This document shows, one piece after another, positions 58,834 to 64,000 of a stretch of DNA of 64,000 nt. Both the position numbers and the translations under genes were made by a program. Location: positions 27,560-91,559 of the forward strand of contig LEKP01000004.1 in assembly GCA_001443025.1 (NCBI GenBank), written 5' to 3'. The notes below the pieces were generated by a model. That model was not told the origin of the DNA and made no database searches. It saw only the letters and a list, made by a program, of their open reading frames with translations. Numbering within the stretch: position 1 is the first letter of the stretch; each line of letters opens with the position of its first letter. This DNA is from Parcubacteria bacterium GBS-2. GTDB lineage: Bacteria > Patescibacteriota > Minisyncoccia > Minisyncoccales > GBS-2.

Positions 58834-60096
58834 ATGAACCAAGCAGTAATTTTATCTGCGGGAGAATCCTCCAGATTTTGGCCTTTAAACTACCAACATA
58901 AAAGCCTTCAAAAGATAATGGGTAAACCTTTAATTTGGTACACTATCGAAGGATTAAGAAGATCAAAGGTAAAAGAAGTCATTGTTGTTCAGTCCCAAAA
59001 AAGAGATGTAGAGAGAGAACTAGAGAAGTACAAATTTCCAAATCTAAAGCTCAAATATGTAATCCAAAAAGAACCAAAAGGGATGGGAAATGGATTGTGG
59101 CAGGCAAGGGAGTTATTAAAAGGAAGATTTTTAGTTTTGAATGCAGAGAGAGTTGATGTTGAGGAAATAGTGAAAAGTTTACAAAATCAAAAACAAAACT
59201 TAAAAACCAAAAGCATCCTCTTTGGCCAAAAAACAAAAAACCCACAACTTTACGGAATAGCGAAAATAAAAGGAGACAGAATCTTGGAGATAGTGGAGAA
59301 GCCAGAAAAAGGAAAAGAACCCTCTGACATCAGAGTAGTGGGAGTTTATTTTTTAGAGCCGAGGTTCTTTGAAATATATCAAAAAGTAAAAAAACACATG
59401 TACGATTTTGAAGAAGCCCTTTCAATCTACATGAAAAAAAACGATGTTAAAATTGTGATTTTAAAAAGGGAAGAAAAAGACACTCCCTCTTTAAAATATC
59501 CTTGGCATCTTTTTGAAGTCGAAAAATACCTTTTTAATAAATTTTTGAAGGAAAAAATTGAAAAAACTGCTGAAATTTCAAAAAAAGCAATAATTCAAGG
59601 AAAAGTTTACATTGGAGAAAACACTAAAATTTTTGAAGGAGCAATCATCAAAGGACCGTGCTACATTGGTAAAGATTGCATAGTTGGAAACTACTCTTTA
59701 ATTAGAGAATATGTCAATTTAGAAGATAAAGTTTTAATCGGGGCATATGCGGAGATAGTTCGATCGATTTTCCAAGAAAATGTTCATTGCCATTCAGGTT
59801 ACTTTGGAGATTCAATTATAGGGGAAGGATGTAGGTTTGGAGCGGGAACAATTACCGCAAACGTGAGAATTGATCGGGGAGAGATAAAACCGATTGTTAA
59901 AGGGAAAAAAGTAAATTCTGGTTTAACACATTTGGGGGTAATAATTGGCAAAAATACTAAAACTGGAATCCACTGCTCTTTTATGCCAGGAAAATTAATC
60001 GGTTCAAATTGCATAATCGGTCCTAGGTCGGTAGTTTTTGAAAATGTCCCAGACAACACTGTTTTCTTTACCGAATTTAAGCAAATATCAACCTAA
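58834..60096 (+). CDS. Sugar-1-phosphate nucleotidyltransferase with a C-terminal left-handed beta-helix (GlmU-like, archaeal type)
   Basis: [15 protein letters not shown]...KPL (nucleotidyltransferase G-loop), and hexapeptide repeats in the last 170 aa ([26 protein letters not shown]...). Confidence 0.8.
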   Translation: MNQAVILSAGESSRFWPLNYQHKSLQKIMGKPLIWYTIEGLRRSKVKEVIVVQSQKRDVERELEKYKFPNLKLKYVIQKEPKGMGNGLWQARELLKGRFLVLNAERVDVEEIVKSLQNQKQNLKTKSILFGQKTKNPQLYGIAKIKGDRILEIVEKPEKGKEPSDIRVVGVYFLEPRFFEIYQKVKKHMYDFEEALSIYMKKNDVKIVILKREEKDTPSLKYPWHLFEVEKYLFNKFLKEKIEKTAEISKKAIIQGKVYIGENTKIFEGAIIKGPCYIGKDCIVGNYSLIREYVNLEDKVLIGAYAEIVRSIFQENVHCHSGYFGDSIIGEGCRFGAGTITANVRIDRGEIKPIVKGKKVNSGLTHLGVIIGKNTKTGIHCSFMPGKLIGSNCIIGPRSVVFENVPDNTVFFTEFKQIST

Positions 60097-60177
60097 AGCC
60101 TTGAGAGCAACACAATTATTTTCAATAAAAACCCTCAAATAGTGTAACAAAATTATCGGTTTTACGTCATAAATTAT

Positions 60178-60846
60178 ATGAGGACAGAAAAAGAAATTAT
60201 CAAGAAAATTAAACTTTTAAAACAAATAAAGCCCGAAAAAAAATGGGTTTTTTTAACTAAAGAGAAGATCTTGGGAAAAGAACCCTTATTTTTCCCATTT
60301 TTAAAGCCTGCTTTTGCCGGGCTTTTATTTGTTTTGATTTTGTTTGGCCTTTCCTTTACTTCCTTGCCTGGAGAACCCTTTTATCTTATAAAGAAATTAG
60401 CAGAGCGAGGCCAAACGGTTTTTATCCCAGACGAGCAAAAGCCGAAATTGGAATTGGAATTGGCAAATAAAAGATTGGAAGAATTGTCAAAGATTGCAGA
60501 AAAGAACGATGTTAAAAAATTGGCACCAGCAATTAATGAAGCAAAAGAGAGCGTTGCCCAAGCAACAAAAAATTTAGTAAAATCTAAGAAAGTAGATAAA
60601 GAAATTGTTCAAAAAACTCTTCAGCTTGAAAAGAAAAAGCAAGAAGTTGAAAAAGTTTTGGGTACAAAAATAACAGAGGAAGAAACAGAGAATCCAACAA
60701 AGTTGGTGGCAAAATATTTGATGGAAGATTTGGAAAACAGAACGCTTACTGAAGAACAAAAACAAATTTTAGAAAAAGCAAAAGAATATTTTGAAAACGG
60801 AGATTTTGCAAAGGTTTTAGAATTACTTTTGACAATAGGTCAATAA
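60178..60846 (+). CDS. Membrane-anchored DUF5667-like protein
   Basis: One TM helix followed by LPGEPFYLIKKLAERGQTVF and a helical, Lys/Glu-rich ectodomain. This architecture is common next to sigma factor loci in CPR genomes. The family call is made from memory of the motif. Confidence 0.5.
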   Translation: MRTEKEIIKKIKLLKQIKPEKKWVFLTKEKILGKEPLFFPFLKPAFAGLLFVLILFGLSFTSLPGEPFYLIKKLAERGQTVFIPDEQKPKLELELANKRLEELSKIAEKNDVKKLAPAINEAKESVAQATKNLVKSKKVDKEIVQKTLQLEKKKQEVEKVLGTKITEEETENPTKLVAKYLMEDLENRTLTEEQKQILEKAKEYFENGDFAKVLELLLTIGQ

Positions 60847-60913
60847 TCGCGCAAATGGGCAAAAGCCCAAAAGGTCGGCGCGATAAAAAACAATAAGCAA
60901 TAAACAAAGAACA

Positions 60914-62689
60914 ATGACAAAGAAATTATTAGGAGCGCTGAGCACCTTGGCCGCAATAGCAGTTGCTGGGGTTGCTTTGGCTGATGTTCCAGCAGCTTGT
61001 ACTGGGATTACCTTTACCAGAAACTTGTATTATGGAATCTCAGGGGCTGATGTCAAATGTCTGCAGGCATTACTCAACCAGGATTCTGACACTCAAGTAG
61101 CAGCAACAGGACCTGGTTCTCCTGGAAATGAAACAACCTACTTTGGTCCATTGACCAGAGCAGCAGTAATTAAATTCCAGGAGAAATATGCTGCAGACGT
61201 TTTGGCACCCCTTGGTTTGAGCGCTGGAACTGGGTTTGTTGGTCCAAAGACCAGAGCAAAATTGAATGAATTACTTACTACTCCTACTCAACCAACACAA
61301 CCCACTCAGCCAACGGAACCTACCCAACCGACTCAGCCTGAAGAGGAAGAAGTAATTCCAGAAGAAGGAACTTTGGAATTGAAAAGAGCTGTTACTCCTT
61401 ATGGTGTAGAGGTTAAGGCAGGAGATCAGAATGTCGCGGTGACTGCTTTCACCCTTAAGGCAATAGATTCAGCCATTACCGTACAAAGGATTGATGCTAA
61501 ATTACCCACCGATATTGGTGGAAACAAACCATATAAAGTTTTAAGTTATCTTGCTCTATATGAGGGAGAGAATGCCCTAAAAGGAGTGACTCTTTCCAAA
61601 GATACAGTTAGCACTGAAGGAGTAGTCAGATTCAGTGGCTTGAATCTTAAAATTGCCAAGGGTGAAACCAAAACAATCAACATAAAAGTAAGTCTTGCTT
61701 CTACATTACCTTCTGGGGCTGAGGGCGAGACAGTAACTATAACCATTCCTAAAGATGGAGTAAGAGGAGTTGATACCGCAGGACTCAATGTCTATGCACC
61801 AAGCACTTCTACTGAACTAAATTCATTCAAGATCGTCTCTGTGCCAACACCTGTAGCAAAAATTTCCCTTGCTTCTGATACTCCAAAAGAAGGTGTGGTA
61901 ATAGCGAGTAAAGAAAGCGAAACCGAGGTTGAATTGGCAAGATATGTTCTCAAAGTTGAAAAGGCAGAAACAAAAGTTGTTGGATTTGAAGTTGGAGTAG
62001 AAGAATCTACCACTACAATTCTTGAAACCAGAATTTACGATGGCGACAATTTACTTTGCATAGTGGGTGAAAACTGCAACGAAATAGACGTTGCAATGGC
62101 AAAAGATGCCTCAAAGACCTTTACGATTAAAGCATTAGTAAAGAAAGCCCCAGTAGAAGGAGCAACTCTAAAAGTCACCGCGGTCACCTCTACTTACTAC
62201 TCAGACCTCGAAGAAGAGACAGAAGCTTATGCAACGACTACAACTGCCAGCAATCCAATCCATCTCTACACTATAGCTCCAATAATCAGCAACGTTTCAG
62301 CTTATGCTGAAGCAAAAGATTTGAATGCTACTACAGGAGCAGAATCATTGGTTGGAAGAATCACCTTCAGCGTCACTGCAAAGGGGGGTGATGTATGGGT
62401 TAGCAGCACAATAGATATGATGATCGAAAAATCAGATGGAAGCACAAGTTTTGCCATCACTGACTACGTAATTACCACTTCTGCTCCAAAAGAAGCTAAT
62501 GGATACAAAGTAGCTGAGAATCAAACTGTTTCCTTCACGATAAACTTCACAAAAGCAGGAGGAAGTGCTGGTTATTGGAGAGTGGTTATTACAAAGCTCA
62601 ACTGGCACAATGGAACCGATGTTCAGAATTACTCTGGTGCGCTCGTTGAAGAACTCAAGACAGATTACGTCTACCTGACAGCAGATTAA
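60914..62689 (+). CDS. Secreted surface protein: signal peptide, PG_binding_1-like domain, (T-Q-P)n linker, long beta-rich region
   Basis: Signal-like N-terminus LGALSTLAAIAVAGVALA. GISGADVKCLQALLN...FGPLTRAAVIKFQEKY matches the peptidoglycan-binding domain pattern. The gene is markedly higher in GC and has different codon usage from its neighbours, and a strong terminator follows. Confidence 0.75.
   Translation: MTKKLLGALSTLAAIAVAGVALADVPAACTGITFTRNLYYGISGADVKCLQALLNQDSDTQVAATGPGSPGNETTYFGPLTRAAVIKFQEKYAADVLAPLGLSAGTGFVGPKTRAKLNELLTTPTQPTQPTQPTEPTQPTQPEEEEVIPEEGTLELKRAVTPYGVEVKAGDQNVAVTAFTLKAIDSAITVQRIDAKLPTDIGGNKPYKVLSYLALYEGENALKGVTLSKDTVSTEGVVRFSGLNLKIAKGETKTINIKVSLASTLPSGAEGETVTITIPKDGVRGVDTAGLNVYAPSTSTELNSFKIVSVPTPVAKISLASDTPKEGVVIASKESETEVELARYVLKVEKAETKVVGFEVGVEESTTTILETRIYDGDNLLCIVGENCNEIDVAMAKDASKTFTIKALVKKAPVEGATLKVTAVTSTYYSDLEEETEAYATTTTASNPIHLYTIAPIISNVSAYAEAKDLNATTGAESLVGRITFSVTAKGGDVWVSSTIDMMIEKSDGSTSFAITDYVITTSAPKEANGYKVAENQTVSFTINFTKAGGSAGYWRVVITKLNWHNGTDVQNYSGALVEELKTDYVYLTAD
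61286..61339 (+). repeat. 9-nt tandem repeat encoding (TQP)6 linker
   Basis: actcaacca acacaaccc actcagcca acggaacct acccaaccg actcagcct. Confidence 0.9.
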
Positions 62690-62733
62690 GTGATTCGATA
62701 AAATAACTTTTTGCCTCTCCTTGTGGGCGCAAA

Positions 62734-62766
62734 AGGGGTAGGGCTTTCCCTGCCTCTTTTGTTTTT
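62734..62766 (+). terminator. Rho-independent terminator
   Basis: AGGGGTAGGG-cttt-CCCTGCCTCT (10 bp including 2 G:U pairs) followed by TTTGTTTTT. Confidence 0.8.
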
Positions 62767-62792
62767 GAAAAAGCCTTTGCTAAAATTAAAAA

Positions 62793-64000
62793 ATGAGTTT
62801 AGTTTTCAAAAAATCAATTTTTTTTCTTATTTTATTTTCTTTTTTACCTTCTTTAGTTTTTGCGGATGAATACGGTGAAAAAAAGATTTTTAACGTCGAT
62901 CCAAATTATGATCATTTGGGAAGAGAAAGAATTTTTGCAATTTTAATTAAAGTTTCTCAAAATGGTTACTTTTATATTGAAGACGATTGGTGGCAAAATT
63001 TATCAAGTTTTGAGAAAGAAAAATATGCAAAAATTGTTTCCGATTTGGCAAAGGAATTTGACACAAAGATTTATCCAACCTTAACTTCGAGCTTGGGATC
63101 TGAATGGAAGCCTGGAATCGACAAAGATGAAAAAATTACGATTTTACTTCACCGAATGAAAAGCGAAATAGGAGGATATTTTAGAGAAGCAGATCAATAT
63201 GACAAAAAAATTTCTCCAACTTCAAACCAAAGGGAAATGATTTATTTGAATTTGAAATTTTTAGAAGATCCAGCAATAAAACCCTATCTCGCCCATGAAT
63301 TCACTCATTTAATTACTTTTAACCAAAAAAACAGAATTTTAAATATTAGAGAAGAAACTTGGCTGACTGAATTGAGAAGTGAAGGAGCTCCTGCAATTTT
63401 AGGTTATACAGAGCACTTGGAAGCAAGAAAAAATCTATTTTTAAAAAATGTCAAAGATAGTTTGGTCGAATGGCAGAATACTGGAGCAGATTATGGAATA
63501 ATTTCAATGCTCGCAAATTATCTTTACGACCATTACGGACCAAAAATTTTTTCAGATACTCTTTATTCAACAGGAATTTCAATTTCAGCAATTGAGGAAT
63601 CATTAAAGAAAAACAACCTCAAAGAAGATTTCTCTCAGATTTTTAGAAATTGGTTAATTGCAGTTTTGGTCCAAGATTGCAACCTTGGGGAAAAATATTG
63701 TTACAAAAACGAAGCCCTCAAAAGCTTAAAAATTTTACCAGAAACCAATTTTTTGCCACTCAATAGCGAAAGTTCTTTGGTGATTTTTAGGAATTTAAAG
63801 GATTGGGAAGGGGATTGGCAAAGATTTATAGGAGGTTATGGAAATTTATCTTTAGAGTTTAACGGTCAAGACAATGCCATTTTCGACGTTTCCTATTTAA
63901 TTTGCGACAAACTCAACAATTGCCAAATTGGATTTTTAAAATTAGATCAAAACCAAGATGGAAAAATTTTCTTTCAAGATTTCGACAAAAACTATTCTTT
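62793..64000 (+). CDS. Secreted putative zinc metallopeptidase (HExxH); the 3' end runs off the window
   Basis: Not in the ORF track because no stop is reached. ATG at 62793. Signal peptide MSLVFKKSIFFLILFSFLPSLVFA. The in-frame LAHEFTHLI at 63288-63314 is an HExxH motif. The frame is open to base 64000. Confidence 0.65.
   Translation, partial: MSLVFKKSIFFLILFSFLPSLVFADEYGEKKIFNVDPNYDHLGRERIFAILIKVSQNGYFYIEDDWWQNLSSFEKEKYAKIVSDLAKEFDTKIYPTLTSSLGSEWKPGIDKDEKITILLHRMKSEIGGYFREADQYDKKISPTSNQREMIYLNLKFLEDPAIKPYLAHEFTHLITFNQKNRILNIREETWLTELRSEGAPAILGYTEHLEARKNLFLKNVKDSLVEWQNTGADYGIISMLANYLYDHYGPKIFSDTLYSTGISISAIEESLKKNNLKEDFSQIFRNWLIAVLVQDCNLGEKYCYKNEALKSLKILPETNFLPLNSESSLVIFRNLKDWEGDWQRFIGGYGNLSLEFNGQDNAIFDVSYLICDKLNNCQIGFLKLDQNQDGKIFFQDFDKNYS

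Noticed and set aside
1-64000. Alternative genetic code (UGA reassignment, as in some CPR lineages).
   Set aside because: Conserved genes terminate at UGA at the expected lengths (for example ileS and iorA). No conserved protein shows in-frame UGA interruptions, so the standard code 11 fits.

Overview
The window is AT-rich (about 30-35% GC by eye) and very gene-dense. Many genes are coupled by 1-8 nt start/stop overlaps (TAATG, ATGA). The content is almost entirely housekeeping. The gene repertoire is typical of a small-genome Patescibacteria/CPR-like bacterium: minimal Mfd, ComEC without an MBL domain, lamin-tail-domain and DUF5667-like proteins, PolX-PHP. This taxonomic call is an inference, not a database result. 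UGA, UAA and UAG all act as stops, so the code is standard. Recognised content:
- Six aminoacyl-tRNA synthetases: argS, ileS, glyQS, metG, leuS, hisS.
- An smpB-ssrA(tmRNA)-infC-rpmI-rplT block.
- recO, topA, dprA, comEC, mfd, pth, nadD/nadE, lepB, rpsU, ftsA, clpB and htrA.
- Amino-sugar and cell-wall precursor genes: glmS, murA, a phosphohexomutase, a BadF/NagK-like kinase and a GlmU-like gene.
- iorAB, an ECF sigma factor locus, glycosyltransferases, one tRNA-Leu(CAA) and several secreted or membrane-anchored orphan proteins.
I found no CRISPR array, transposase, integrase, prophage or recognisable defence operon. The observations most worth a second look are:
1. A catalytically intact histidine-phosphatase (PGAM-like) domain inserted in-frame inside IleRS.
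2. A two-copy element made of a CTTGACAA promoter plus a long GGGAGG/CCUCCC hairpin. One copy fronts a compositionally distinct orphan gene. The other sits exactly at the 5' truncation point of a decayed aminotransferase.
3. A third CTTGACAA promoter driving an ~85-nt GC-rich structured RNA with its own terminator, antisense to its neighbours.
4. A family of heptanucleotide-periodic A-rich tracts embedded in-frame in at least nine housekeeping genes, including identical (AATTCCA)x4 in two unrelated genes.
5. A CCAG-periodic spacer between smpB and ssrA, with the infC TTG start only 7 nt after the tmRNA 3' end.
All functional calls come from motif recognition in the supplied translations and from reading the DNA. 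No searches were run.
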